From Octopus vulgaris (Eukaryota), in assembly GCA_951406725.2 (NCBI GenBank), contig OX597827.1, positions 38,006,001 through 38,070,000 of the forward strand: a DNA stretch of 64,000 nucleotides. Direction: 5' to 3'. Every line of letters begins with the position of its first letter. Position 1 is the first letter of the stretch. The notes below the pieces were generated by a model. It was given only the letters and a program-made list of their open reading frames with translations, had not been told where the DNA came from and did not search any database. Of the stretch, positions 1 through 11,689 are shown piece after piece. The translations under genes were made by a program, and so were the position numbers.

Positions 1-230
1 GAGATCCACAATTATGAAAGATGTGCCCCTTTGATAAGATCACATGCACTGATAAGAACTGTAGTTTATACTTTTAACTCCACTATTAACTGTAAGACCA
101 GGAATGTGGTCTGCAGCATAAAACGCATGGAGATGGTGTACAAGATACATTTGGAGAGAGGAAATGGACACTGGTGGAAGTATGACAGGAGACAGCCATC
201 TATACTCTATCAATATGGTGGCATGGTTGA
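1..230 (+). mobile_element. Possible degenerate Penelope-like GIY-YIG endonuclease fragment
   Basis: Translation INCKTRNVVCSIK, then after a frameshift Y-I-G-E-R-K-W-T-L, resembles the Penelope GIY-YIG pattern CxxxNVVYxIxC...YIGETxRxL. Heavily decayed. Confidence 0.35.
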
Positions 231-614
231 CTGAATTAACATTGATATTTTGTCTAAACATCCAAGAGACCCTTTGATTAGACAAATACATTAGAATATC
301 CTCATAAACAAAACATTACCAATACTGAATAGAAAATACAGATAATAGGTTGTAGAAATTCAACGTTACTATTACCACTCATGTAATATGCATACATGGG
401 TGTGTCCATGTGGGTGGATTGGTAGGCATGTGTATGATGATATAGGCAGGTATAAAAAAGGTTGGGGTAGAATAACAGTAGAATGCAAGTAAACCCATAC
501 AAATAGATACATGTAAGTATGCACAATTGCACATGTATAGGCATGGGTAAGTATAGATAATGTAGGAAATATGACAGAAGGCTATCAGGGAATGCATACA
601 AATAAATACATATA

Positions 615-998
615 GGCGTAGGAGTGGCTGTGTGGTAAGTAGCTTGCCTACGAACCACATGGTTCCGGCTTCGGTCCCACTGCGTGGCACCTTAGGCAAG
701 TGTCTCCTGCTATAGCCTCAGGCTGACCAAAGCCTTGTGAGTGGATTTGGTAGATGGAAACTGAAAGAAGCCTGTCGTATATATGTATATATATATGTCT
801 GTGTTTGTCCCCCCAACATCGCTTGATAACTGATGCTGGTGTGTTTATGTCCCCATAACTTAGCGGTTCGGCAAATGAGAATGATAGAATAAGTACTAGT
901 CTTACAAAGAATAAGTTCTGGGGGTCGATTTGCTCGACTAAAGGTGATGCTCCAGCATGGCCGCAGTCAAATGACTGAAACAAAAGAGTAAAGAGTAT
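615..998 (+). mobile_element. tRNA-derived CORE-type SINE (Octopus OR-like)
   Basis: tRNA-like head GGCGTAGGAGTGGCTGTGTGGTAAG...GGTTCCGGCTTCGGTCCC, CORE-like CACCTTAGGCAAGTG, and a simple-repeat tail. Homologous copies at 16748, 19105 and 37915. Confidence 0.8.
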
Positions 999-1311
999 AT
1001 AGGTGTGAACAATGCCTATACACAACCATACACATGCACACATAAACACACAGAGGAACACAACCACACACATACATGCAAGCATACACACAGATTCTTG
1101 CTTATTTAAAAGAACTGCCAGATATGCACACACACATGCTGGAATACACTCAGATAATACACACATACACACATACATACTCACTGAACTGACTAAACCA
1201 CACAAATATGCATGCTAGACCACACACTTGTGCACGATCAGATGCTCACACGTACATCATCCCTGTTCTCCCCTCCCCCTCCCTACATAAAGAGCTACAC
1301 TTCTTCACTAA

Positions 1312-1446
1312 TGGGATCCAAACACTGCAATGTTGATGGAAGAAGTGTGTGGACCACAAGAAGGACTATGTTGAAAAATAAATCCCATTTGATCACATTC
1401 CATGAGAGTTTTTTGGTTAGCCAAAGAACTTTTCAACTGGTCCTTG
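1312..1446 (+). mobile_element. mariner transposon 3' remnant
   Basis: Degenerate GIQTLQ..WKKCVD..GDYVEK* transposase C-terminus followed by a TIR-like tail. Confidence 0.6.
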
Positions 1447-1629
1447 GGATCAGTGTTACTGCAGTAAAATAGATTTATTTTGACCAAACATGCAATATTA
1501 GTTATATCACTCTAGGTACTGAGTTCAAATCACACTGGAAATGTCTTGGCTTTTTGTTTTTATAGAATCGGTAAAATAAACGGAAGACATATATTGAAGT
1601 TTATTGAAGCCAGTGTCCTCCCTCAAAAT

Positions 1630-1850
1630 AGGTGGTATTGTGCTAGCAAGCTGGCAGAATCGTTATTGTGGCAGACAAAATGCTTAGCTGTGTTTTTTCC
1701 AGTTTTATGTTTTGAGTTCAAATGTTGCTATAGTTGATAGTGCTTTCATCTAAATCATTAAATGACTACCAGTTGAGGATTGGAGTTGATGTAATTGACT
1801 AGCCCCCTCTCCTAAAAATATTTCAGGCCTAGTACCGTTAGTAGAAAGAA
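1630..1850 (+). mobile_element. Nin/Deu-domain tRNA SINE, decayed
   Basis: AGCTGGCAGAATCGTT...TGAGTTCAAAT...GCTTTCATC; homologous to the better-preserved copy at 15742. Confidence 0.55.
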
Positions 1851-2284
1851 TCATTATGACTCTCTAATTCCATATAATTAAGTGGCTTCTCAAGTAGGCC
1901 TCTTAAAATGTCAGATTACTAATCCAACTTGTTTGATTTTCCAACAATCATCAAGTGTTCTTGGTTTGCTAAACTAGAACCTGATTGATTATGCCAGTGG
2001 TGCTTATCTCCCTAAAATAAAAGAAATGGTAACACTGACTATCACTGATTTACTTCCTGTCTTAAACATATCTTCTCTGATGTTGATGCACCAATGGAAG
2101 CACTCCGAACAAAATTATGTAAGGGAAATAATCAATATAGCTATCTTTTACAGTCATTGGATTGTGACCATGCTGGGGTACCACCTTCAAGAATTTAGTG
2201 GATCAAATTGACCCCAATTCTTATTTTTAAGTCTGTTACTTATTCTATCTATCTCTTACTGTAATAATGTACTGCCGAAGATCT

Positions 2285-2527
2285 TCAATACTTGGCTTCC
2301 TCTGATTTACAAACTTGGTTTCCTTGACTTACAAACTGTTCAAAAAATTGAGACTTGCGATCAGGATCATCCTTCAGAAGTCCATGAATTAGGCGCGGAA
2401 TGTAAAGTTTCATATTGAGTTTTGTAAATATTTTATGTAATGATGTTTGTTTGATACCAATTTCTGAACTACCACTGTGAATTGATTTCTTTGGGCTTCT
2501 TACATATACCTCAGCAACTGTAGTCAT
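2285..2527 (-). mobile_element. Tc1/mariner-superfamily transposase N-terminal (HTH) fragment
   Basis: SPKKSIHSGSSEIGIKQTSLHKIFTKLNMKLYIPRLIHGLLKDDPDRKSQFFE matches the SPxxSxRxxSxxxGIxxxxVxxIL...DDxxxRxxFC pattern. Confidence 0.6.
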
Positions 2528-2567
2528 ATTTTCTTCAGCCTAACTATATACTAACTTTATGGATGCC

Positions 2568-2603
<36 letters not shown>

Positions 2604-2820
2604 TAGTGATAAAACCACTATTAGGCAACTCAAGCAGTGATAGACATAAACTAATACATAAATAACAAAGAAATATAAATATAATTAATATAATATATAT
2701 ATATAAAATATAAGATTTTAATTTTTATATTTTTTTTAATAACCAAAAAGTATAAAAAAAGATAAATATAATATGAGTAACTTTTCCCTGCAAGTTTGGA
2801 TATAATCCCTAATATTGTTA

Positions 2821-2861
<41 letters not shown>

Positions 2862-2977
2862 TTGAGTACAGAAATTCGGGGTGAGTACTTGATAAATGTA
2901 AGCACCTGTATATACCGTTAGGTGGTGTAGGTGGTGGAGTAAAATGATCAAAATAAAAACATGATGCCAAGGATTCA

Positions 2978-3055
2978 GCGGTACATATGTTTCGGGCCTT
3001 TATTAGACAGATTTATAACAATGCATAATGTATGTCTGTGGCCTTCTTCAGCCGC
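2978..3055 (-). ncRNA. Minimal type I hammerhead ribozyme motif (minus-strand copy)
   Basis: Reverse complement of 3279-3356, in the left arm of the palindrome. Confidence 0.7.
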
Positions 3056-3278
3056 GCACAACAACTTCTTCCACAAGGACATGTGTTACATCAAAAATTC
3101 TTGGTTGGGGATGCAAATCCTCTCATTCGCGTACGACATAATGCGGCAACAGCATAGAAGTGAAGCGTCCATCTCGTTATGCTGTTGCCGCATTATGTCG
3201 TACGCGAATGAGAGGATTTGCATCCCCAACCAAGAATTTTTGATGTAACACATGTCCTTGTGGAAGAAGTTGTTGTGC

Positions 3279-3356
3279 GCGGCTGAAGAAGGCCACAGAC
3301 ATACATTATGCATTGTTATAAATCTGTCTAATAAAGGCCCGAAACATATGTACCGC
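3279..3356 (+). ncRNA. Minimal type I hammerhead ribozyme motif
   Basis: Stem I GCGG(3279-82)/CCGC(3353-56); core CTGAAGA (3283-89); stem II GGCC...GGCC with an inner ACAGA/TCTGT helix; GAAA (3341-44); minimal stem III C-ATAT-G with a palindromic loop; GUA cleavage triplet (3350-52). Confidence 0.7.
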
Positions 3357-4226
3357 TGAATCCTTGGCATCATGTTTTTATTTTGATCATTTTATATATA
3401 TATATATATATATAATATTGTTGACATCATAAGAATTTATAAAGTTTCTAGATAACATGGAATAACTCTTTTTAGGAATTGGTTCTTGAAGTACACCTAA
3501 AACTATAAGTAATATCATATAAATATTGGGTTGAAAAACCCTTTTTTGATAGGAAAAATCAAAGGCTGCCCCTATGAATCAAACCCACATCTCCTGTAGA
3601 CATGACAAGCATTCTACTGTTGTATGAAAACAATCCTTCGAATTTCTTTATCCATTTTAGAAACTGTATTCTCACCAGTGTCAATTGTATGCTTGTGTGG
3701 GTTGGATGGGTTAGCCAACTCTGAGTCAGTTCTTATTTATGTCCTCTTAGACAAATCAGAATACCATGTCTCTCACTTGTATATTACATTTTTGGCTTGT
3801 TTTCTACAGTTGCAGACATTGCAGTAATGATTTCCATCATTTGGGAGTAGATTAGACCCAGCTATACCCTGTTTTTTTTTTTTTTCCTTCCGGAAGCCTT
3901 CTTATCTCCCTCAATACTGCACACCCTCAATTTAGGGGTCTTGTCTTGTGAGTTACCTAGAAACTTCACTGTCAGTGCTGCATGAAAGCACCCTGTACAA
4001 CACTGTAAAGTGGCTGGTATTAGAAAGGGTATCAAGCTGTAAAAATCATGCTAAAGCAGACATTTGAGTTTGGCATAGTCTTCTGGCATATCTACTTCTG
4101 TCAAACTGTCCAACCCCTGCCAGCATGGGATATGGATGTTAAATGATGATGGAGAGAAAAATTTCATTTCAAATCACAAGTGTTAAACACATTGCCAAAT
4201 TTCTTTTAGTAATATGTTTGATTATT

Positions 4227-4259
<33 letters not shown>

Positions 4260-4276
4260 ATGTATGTGTGTGTGTA

Positions 4277-5336
4277 ATGTAAAGCAGATTGTATGATGCT
4301 TGTGTATGAACGGTTGTACTTCATTGTAGTGGGACAGGGACTCTAAATGCAGAAGACATGCATAAACTCGAGAGTAATGAAGCTAGTATGTTGTAATGCA
4401 CATGTAACATAAATGTGCATGTACAATAAAGTGTAATAAAGATAAAGAAGTGTCAATCATTTAAAGTTGATGGCAAATATGGAAGAAGACATGGGATGAA
4501 GTAGTGAGGACTGATTACAAGATGTTAGGCTTCACAGACTGAGATGTCTGGTTTTATGAGGTTCTTGAGAAGACCCACCCACCTCAGCAAAACTGAATTC
4601 TAGAAGTACTGTGTTACACCCATATGTAACATTAAAAAGCTTTTCACACACCTTACCCTAATAAACGAAACTACATCTCCCCTTCGCCTCTTCCTCACTC
4701 CTGCAGCCCAGTTCTGTCCTCACTGCCCCACCCACTGTATCATTGTGATCCTGTTTCCCTCCACCCAACCACTCTGTATAACCAAGGTTTCACTAGATGC
4801 TGCATTCCACCCTCCCCGCTTTGCATTCTCATGAACTCTCTACTCATGCACCCTTAGCAATGCTCTACCATCGAATTTGTATTCTCATCTCTATACCTTA
4901 AGAGTATCTCCTGGCATATCACCACCATCTCTCTCACTCTCGTTCTCTTCCACTCTTGCTTTCCCTCATTCTCAATTACTCTCTCTATCTCTCTCTCTCC
5001 AACAATGGTAACCATATATCTCTTCTACAGCAAGACACCTGCTTCTGACCCTCTTTTATACTCTAATCCCTCATCACCAGGCACAAAGGGACATCCTTCA
5101 ATACCATCCCACCTCTCAGAGGACTTTTGTCTTGCAAGTTACTTGGTAACCTCACTGGTGTTGGTGCCACATAAAAAGCATTCAGTCCACATTGTAAAGT
5201 GGTTGGCATTAGGAAGAGCATCCTGCTGTAAAAGCCATATGCAAAGTAGACCTTACCAGTGCTGGTGCCATGTGAAAAGCATTCAGTTCACATTATAAAG
5301 TGATTGGCATTAGGAAAGGCATCCAGCTGTAAAAAC
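4277..5336 (+). mobile_element. Decayed RTE LINE 3' end (ORF tail plus 3'UTR), interrupted by the Gypsy insertion and resuming at 10374-10485
   Basis: GTAAAGCAGATTGTATGATGCTTGTGTA... aligns with the RTE at 42120 onward. The tail GGAAAGGCATCCAGCTGTAAAAAC|CATGCCAAAACAGAC is split by the LTR element. Confidence 0.7.
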
Positions 5337-5750
5337 TGTAGTGATGCTACTGTGTAGGGTTCACCGCGCATGCGCAGAATGGGACTACTTCCGGGTGGCC
5401 ACCGGAAGTCTTCCCCATGCACATGTGCGGGAAACGATCCCTAAGGCCCGCTAAACTCGATTCATTCTCTCTGGCCGTCAGCCCTCGTGAACAGACGTGC
5501 ATTCGTAGACTCTGATAATTACACCGACTTAGCCGCGGACGACATCGATCCACTTCAACCAACGAACAAGAAGCTGTACAACAGATTCGGCTGTCGTTTT
5601 CCCATCAGATATACGTACACCATCGCAATTAATAAACAAACTGCTGTCTTTCACCGATAACCTGACTTCGTCTGTTATATCTTACTAAATTGTATGTGAC
5701 GGGATCGGATCGACACCCTTTCAGTGATACCGATACCAGATCCTGTTACA
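5337..5750 (+). repeat. 5' LTR of Gypsy copy A
   Basis: TGTAGTG...GTTACA; about 9 mismatches to the 3' LTR by eye. Confidence 0.95.
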
Positions 5751-5752
5751 AT

Positions 5753-5762
5753 TGGTGACCCC
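5753..5762 (+). promoter_or_regulatory. Primer-binding site complementary to the tRNA-Trp 3' end
   Basis: TGGTGACCCC two nt after the LTR. Copy B has TGGTGACCCCGA. Eukaryotic tRNA-Trp ends ...UCGGGGUCACCA. Confidence 0.75.
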
Positions 5763-6134
5763 AAGTAGAAAAAAAAAAGAACAGAAGACGCAGCGAACAG
5801 GTTTTACCAGATAGAGCACTGAACACTGTTTCATTTTTCATTTTTCTTTTCCCTTCAGGACGGCGAGGTGGGTACAAACAAAAGCTTCATTCATCGCACT
5901 CAGTACACTGAAAAAAAAAAAAAGAAAACACACACATTATTTTTTTTCTTTTCTGTACCTTTGTTTTCCTTTGTGCACACACACACTTATTTTTTACTAC
6001 CCACGAGGTGCACTCACACACACACCAGTACACAAAACACCATTTTGATTTGCTTTGTCGGTTCCACGTGTTCTCTCTCCATTTCTCCTTCATACCTTCT
6101 GCCCCTCCTGACAGACTATCCTTCCGACAAAAAC

Positions 6135-6622
6135 ATGGCTGCATCAGGTTTGCCTTCATTCACGGGGGATGTGGGTCTGTGGTTTGCCCGGGTGGAGTGG
6201 TATTTTGACGCACATGCCATTTCTCCACAACAGCAGTTACATCTGCTATACTCCAGTTTACATCCCCGACTCGCCGCATCGGTCAGGGATCTCATAATAA
6301 GTCCCCACCCGGACGCCACATACGCGTCCGTGAAAGCAGAAATCCTCCGCCGCAACACGCGGTCGGAGGAGAGTAATTTTAAGGAGCTGATGGCCGATAG
6401 AATACTGGAAGTTCCGAATCCATCTCCATCGCGAGGCCTGTGCGCATGTATAGAGCCCCCCCTCCAGCACAAATTTCACTAGCCGAGCGGCTCGATGCGC
6501 TCACGCGGCGAATCGATGATCTATGCCGTGCAATCGGGCGCCGACCACGCAGTCGTAGTCGCTCTGCCGAAAGGGCAGAACGGTGTACCCAGCCGTGCAC
6601 TTCTCGGCCCTCGGAAAACTAA
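6135..6622 (+). pseudogene. Gypsy gag, internally deleted
   Basis: MAASGLPSFTGDVGLWFARVE...; aligns to gag of copy B (51327) with deletions. Confidence 0.85.
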
Positions 6623-9600
6623 ATCTGGAGAAGGTGAGCACGTCACCTTCTTCCATCTCTTTTCCCCAAAATCGTGCGTTCTTTGTAAAAGATCTGGTGT
6701 CGAAGAAATTCTTCATGGTGGACACCGGCTCTTGTTGCAGCATCTGACCCCTTCGTCTGGCTGCAGACAAGCCCAAGCGCTCTTCAATTGTCTTGCATGC
6801 CATTGACTCATCTCCCATAACAACCTTCGGTCAGATTTCGCTGCCCCTCGACATCAACCTTCGTCGAGATTTTCAATGGGTTTTCGTCATCGCTGACATC
6901 CCGCATCCTATTCTCGGCGCTGATTTCTTGGATAGGTTTAATCTATTGGTGGATGTCAGGCGTCGGAGGCTTCTTAACAGCACGACGTCGCTCTCGACGC
7001 CGACTGGGAGTTCCACCAATGCGGTCCTTAGCCCGACATTCTTTGTTGCCACCTCTGGAGACGCTTTTCACTCTCTTTTTGCTTCATTTCCGGAGCTATT
7101 GGATATTGCCTTTCAACCGGAAAAGCCTACCCACTCGACCCTTCATTTTATCACCACCACTGGGCCGCCTGCATTTTCGCGCCCACGGCGCCTTGCGCCT
7201 GACCGTCTAAAGACGGCTAGGGCCGAGTTTGAGCACATGCTTCAACTTGGCCTTATACGCCCCTCCACCAGCCCATGGGCGTCTCCCCTTCATTTGGCGC
7301 GAAAGGGCGAGTCTGATTTTCGCCCGGTTGGAGACTATCGACGCCTCAATGCCGTAACAATAGCCGACAGATATCCAATCAGAATTATACAGGACTTCAC
7401 GGCAAATCTCCATGGTTGTACCATTTTTTCGAAGGTCGACCTTATACGCGCGTACCATCAAATACCGGTCAACCCAGCCGACGTTCCGAAAACTACGATC
7501 ACTACCCCCTTTGGGTGTTTTGAGTTTTTGTATATGAGTTTCGGTTTGCGGAATGCAACTAGCACTTTCCAGCGTTTCATTGATGAGGTTGTCCGCGGTC
7601 TTGATTTTGTGTTTGCCTATGTCGATGATATACTCATTGCGAGCGACACACGTGAAAATCATCTCCAGCACCTTTCTCAGCTTTTTCAGCGTCTTCGCGC
7701 TTATAGTATACGTATAAATCCCGACAAGTGTGTTTTCGGACGCTCTTCTCTAGATTTTCTAGGCCATCATATTGATTCGAGTGGAATCAGCCCTCTGTCG
7801 TCAAAGGTCGATGCCATTCAACGCATCGCACCCTCACTTCCTTGCGCCAGCTCAGGCATTATCTAGGGATGATCAATTTCTACAAGCGTTTTATTCCCGG
7901 TTGTGCAGACAAGCTACTACCTCTCACGAGGCTATTAAAGGACACTCCAAGAAAGGACGGTCAAGTCACCCTCTCTGTTGAGGCAGTGACAGCCTTTGAG
8001 TCCATTAAGAAGGAGCTGGCTTCTGTTTCTTTGCTTGCACATCCGGTTCCTGGTGCTTCTCTCTCTTTGACTGTAGACGCATCGGACACTGCGATTGGCG
8101 CTGTGTTACAACACACAGTGGATGATCATATTCGACCTCTGGCTTTCATTTCCCGTCAACTGCAACCAGCTGAACGACGATACAGCACCTTTGATCGTAA
8201 GCTCCTAGCGATCTATCTATCGGTTCGTCATTTCCAGCATCAACTTGAAGGGCGAGATTTTGTGATCTATACGGATCACAAGCCCCTTACGTTTGCCCTG
8301 TGTTCAAAAACGGACAAACTCTCACCTCGTGCCTTCCGGCACCTGGATTTTATCTCTTAATTCACTAGTAACATTCGACACATACCTGGAAAAGAGAACG
8401 TTCCTGCTGACGCTCTCTCTCGCCTTCTAGTCTGCGCCCTTTCGTCTCCTGCTGCTATCGACTTAAGTGCCATCTCAGAGGAGCAGCCACCTTTGGCGTC
8501 GTTAGACTTAACTTCGCCCAGGTTCTCCTGTTGCCAGTTTTCCCACCCTCCGCTTCCGTCAGCCGAAGGCACCATTCTCGGTGATACTTCCACTGGTTCT
8601 CCCAGGCCACTCGTGCCTGAGAATCATCAACGCTCAGTGTTTGAAGCACTGCACTCCTTATCACATCCTGGCATCGCTGCCACCCTTAAACTAATCACTG
8701 CTCGGTTTTTCTGGCCGAATATGCGTCGCACTATTACTTCTTGGACACGCACCTGCTCCAAGTGTCAACGGTCCAAGATTCAACGGCACGTTCGTGCCCC
8801 GCTTGGACATTTTCCCCACGGAGGCCCGTTTTCGCCATGTCCACATCGATCTGGTTGGAACATGGCCTGTGAGTCGCGGGTTTTCTTATCTGTTAACTTG
8901 TGTCGATCGTTTCTCCCGCTGGCCAGAAGCCATTCCGATAGCAGACATTTCTGCTGAGACTGTTGCGCGAGCTTTCGTTTGAAACTGGATTTCCCGTTTC
9001 GGAGTTCCATCCAGATTGACTACAGATTGTGGACGTCAGTTTGAAGCTTCGCTATTTCGCGAATTGTCGCGCATTTTAGGTGTGCATCATATCCACACTA
9101 CTAGCTACCATCCAGCGTCTAATGGATTAGTTGAGCGGTTCCATAGACAGCTCAAGGCCGCTCTTCGTGCCTCTTCAGATCCACAGTCCTGGATTGAATT
9201 TCTGCCAATTGTGCTTCTCGGTTGTCGCACTGCTGTCAAGGCAGACCTGGGGTTTTCTGCTGCGGAGCTGCTGTATGGCACCACACTGGCATTGCCTGGT
9301 ACGATGTTGGTGCCAGACACTTCCCAGCCCCATGATCCGGCGACCTATGTCACCAGACTGCGTGCATATTTTTCGAACCTTCCACCCATGGTTCCCAGGA
9401 AGCAATCTCCACCATCCCATCTCTCACCGGATATGGACACTTGGTCGCATGTTTTTGTTCGGGACGACTCTGTGAAGGGGCCACTTGTTTCTCCCTATAA
9501 AGGAACTTTCCGTGTGCTTTCTCGCACACCAAAGGTTTTCACTATCGAGATAAATGGTCATTCGGAGACCGTTTCCGTGGACCGATTAAAAAAAGCACAT

Positions 9601-9825
9601 TTTGAGACGTCTTCATCTTTTGATGACAACCTTGCCACACCCACCTATGCACCTTTAACAACACCTTCACCTGCACAAACACCTTCACCTGCACAGACAC
9701 CTTTGCCTTCACCGGCTCCTACACCACCCTCGCCGTCAACGGGTGCCCCGAGCACACCGTATGTTACAAGATCGGGCAGCACAGTGCATTGGCCCAAGAA
9801 ACTTTCAAAGACAATCTATATTTAA
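6620..9825 (+). pseudogene. Gypsy pol (protease, RT, RNase H, integrase), frameshifted
   Basis: FMVDTGS protease, FAYVDD RT, TVDASD RNase H, HHCC motif and HIDLV..TTD..ERFH integrase spread over ORFs 6793, 7842, 8493, 8794 and 9016. Confidence 0.95.
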
Positions 9826-9959
9826 CTTTCTTTCAAATTTCTTGTTTTTGTATGATATTATGTAGCAAGTTTTCTGGGGGATCGGCAAGCCATCTGTTTT
9901 TCTGCAGCACCACCACAAATTTTCTTGTTGTCGTACTTCCGCACTCGAGGGGGGAGCCT

Positions 9960-10373
9960 TGTAGTGATGCTACTGTGTAGGGTTCAGTGCGCATGCGCAG
10001 AATGGGACTACTTCCGGGTGGCCACCGGAAGTCTTCCCCATGCGCATGTGCGGGAAATGATCCCTAAGGTCCGCTAAACTCGATTCATTCTCTCTGGCCG
10101 TCAGCCCTCGTGAACAGACGTGCATTCGTAGACACTAATAATTACACCGACTTAGCCGCGGACGACATCGAACCACTTCAACCAACGAACAAGAAGCTGT
10201 ACAACAGATTCGGCTGTCGTTTTCCCATCAGATATACGTACACCATCGCAATTAATAAACAAACTGCTGTCTTTCACCGATAACCTGACTTCGTCTGTTA
10301 TATCTTACTAAATTGTATGTGACAGGATCGGATCGACACCCTTTCAGTGATACCGATACCAGATCCTGTTACA
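9960..10373 (+). repeat. 3' LTR of Gypsy copy A
   Basis: Direct repeat of 5337-5750, preceded by the PPT. Confidence 0.95.
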
Positions 10374-11029
10374 AAACCATGCCAAAACAGACAGTGAGGC
10401 TTTGTGTAGTCCTCTGGCTTGCCAGCTCCTGTTGAGCTGTCCAACACATTGGCATGGACAAATGGATGTTAAATGATAATGATATATAATCCAAATAAGA
10501 GAAAGAAAGACTTTGACACATCTTTAATGATCAGTACCAACTCTTTTCTGTACCAACTCTGCTTTGAATGCCAGTTTATGCAAAAGTTCAAAGTGAAAAT
10601 TTATGTAATATTTGTGATCTTAGACATTAGAGTAGCACTTTCTCAGACCTTTATCAAATGTGCACTTTTACATGGTGTGTCTGCCAGACTTTGCATTTTG
10701 CTTATATCAGGAAGAAACAAAAAGTAAATAAAAGCATGGTTAGGGGATGAAAGAAAAAAATGATGACGAAAGAGGACAAGAACATTAAGAAGTTAAAGAT
10801 GGAGAATTGGTAGAAGCAGAAGAAAGAGAAAGCTAAACAAATAGTTGAATGGTAGAAGTGAGTTAGTGTTTACAATTACAAGTAAACCGACAGACGCCAG
10901 TATCAAATTACAATTGATGGGTGAAATATCATTTCAGTTTAGTACAAGCGACAAAATTAAAAAGGCTAAAAGGGAAAGAAGGATGAAATTAAAAACAATA
11001 GCAATACTAATAATAGGAAAAGGATAATC

Positions 11030-11495
11030 CTTACTACTAAATTATGGGGGAATGGTCTAGTTGATTATATTGATCCCAATGTTTCACTGGTACTTAATTT
11101 ATTGACCTCGAAAGGATGAAAGGCAAAGTCAACCTTGATGGAATTTGAACTCAGAATGTAAAGACACAAAGCATTTTGCCTGGCATGCTAACGATTCTGC
11201 CAGCTCACTGCCTTGATAATAATAATGATACTATTAATAATAAGGACAATAATACTAGTATTATAAATAATGACAATAGCAATATAATAATCCTTTCTAC
11301 AAGGCCTGAAATTTTGGGTAGGGGTCTAGTTGATTACATTGACCCCAGTGTGTGACTGGTACTTATTTTATCAACCCCAATAGGATGGAAGACAGAGTCG
11401 ACTGGGGCGGAATTTGAACTCAGACTGTAAGGCAGGAAGAGATACCACTAAGCATTTTGCCTGGCATGCTAATGATTCTGCTAGCTCTCTGCCTT
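11030..11495 (-). mobile_element. Two adjacent Nin/Deu-domain SINE copies
   Basis: Reverse-complement matches to the 15742 SINE at about 11030-11215 and 11290-11495. Confidence 0.65.
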
Positions 11496-11501
11496 AACAA
11501 C

Positions 11502-11502
11502 G

Positions 11503-11586
<84 letters not shown>
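11502..11586. repeat. (AAT)n microsatellite
   Basis: Direct reading of the sequence. Confidence 0.95.
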
Positions 11587-11587
<1 letters not shown>

Positions 11588-11689
11588 CACTATTAATAAT
11601 AATAAAGACAGTAATACTAGTATTATAAATAATGGCAATAACAATAATATGAATAATGATAATGTTCATTAACCACTAAGGGTTCACAA

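Larger units (their letters stand above)
2940..3394. repeat. Long palindrome: two 217-bp inverted arms around a 21-nt spacer (inverted Penelope-like pLTR)
   Basis: 2940-3156 is the reverse complement of 3178-3394. The mirror ORFs 2961..3248(+) and 3086..3373(-) are identical outside the spacer. (TA)n tracts lie at 2820-2859 and 3393-3413. Confidence 0.95.
5337..10373 (+). mobile_element. Ty3/Gypsy LTR retrotransposon copy A (LTR-bounded, defective)
   Basis: 414-bp TG..CA LTRs at 5337-5750 and 9960-10373; 4-bp TSD AAAC; PBS TGGTGACCCC; PPT GAGGGGGGAG; order gag-PR-RT-RH-IN; frameshifts and stops in pol. Confidence 0.97.

Noticed and set aside
2961-3373. Pair of near-identical 95-aa ORFs on opposite strands
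   Set aside because: By-product of the DNA palindrome; no recognisable protein motif.
11420-11672. Poly-Leu, poly-Asn and poly-Ile ORFs
   Set aside because: Translations of the (AAT)n microsatellite.
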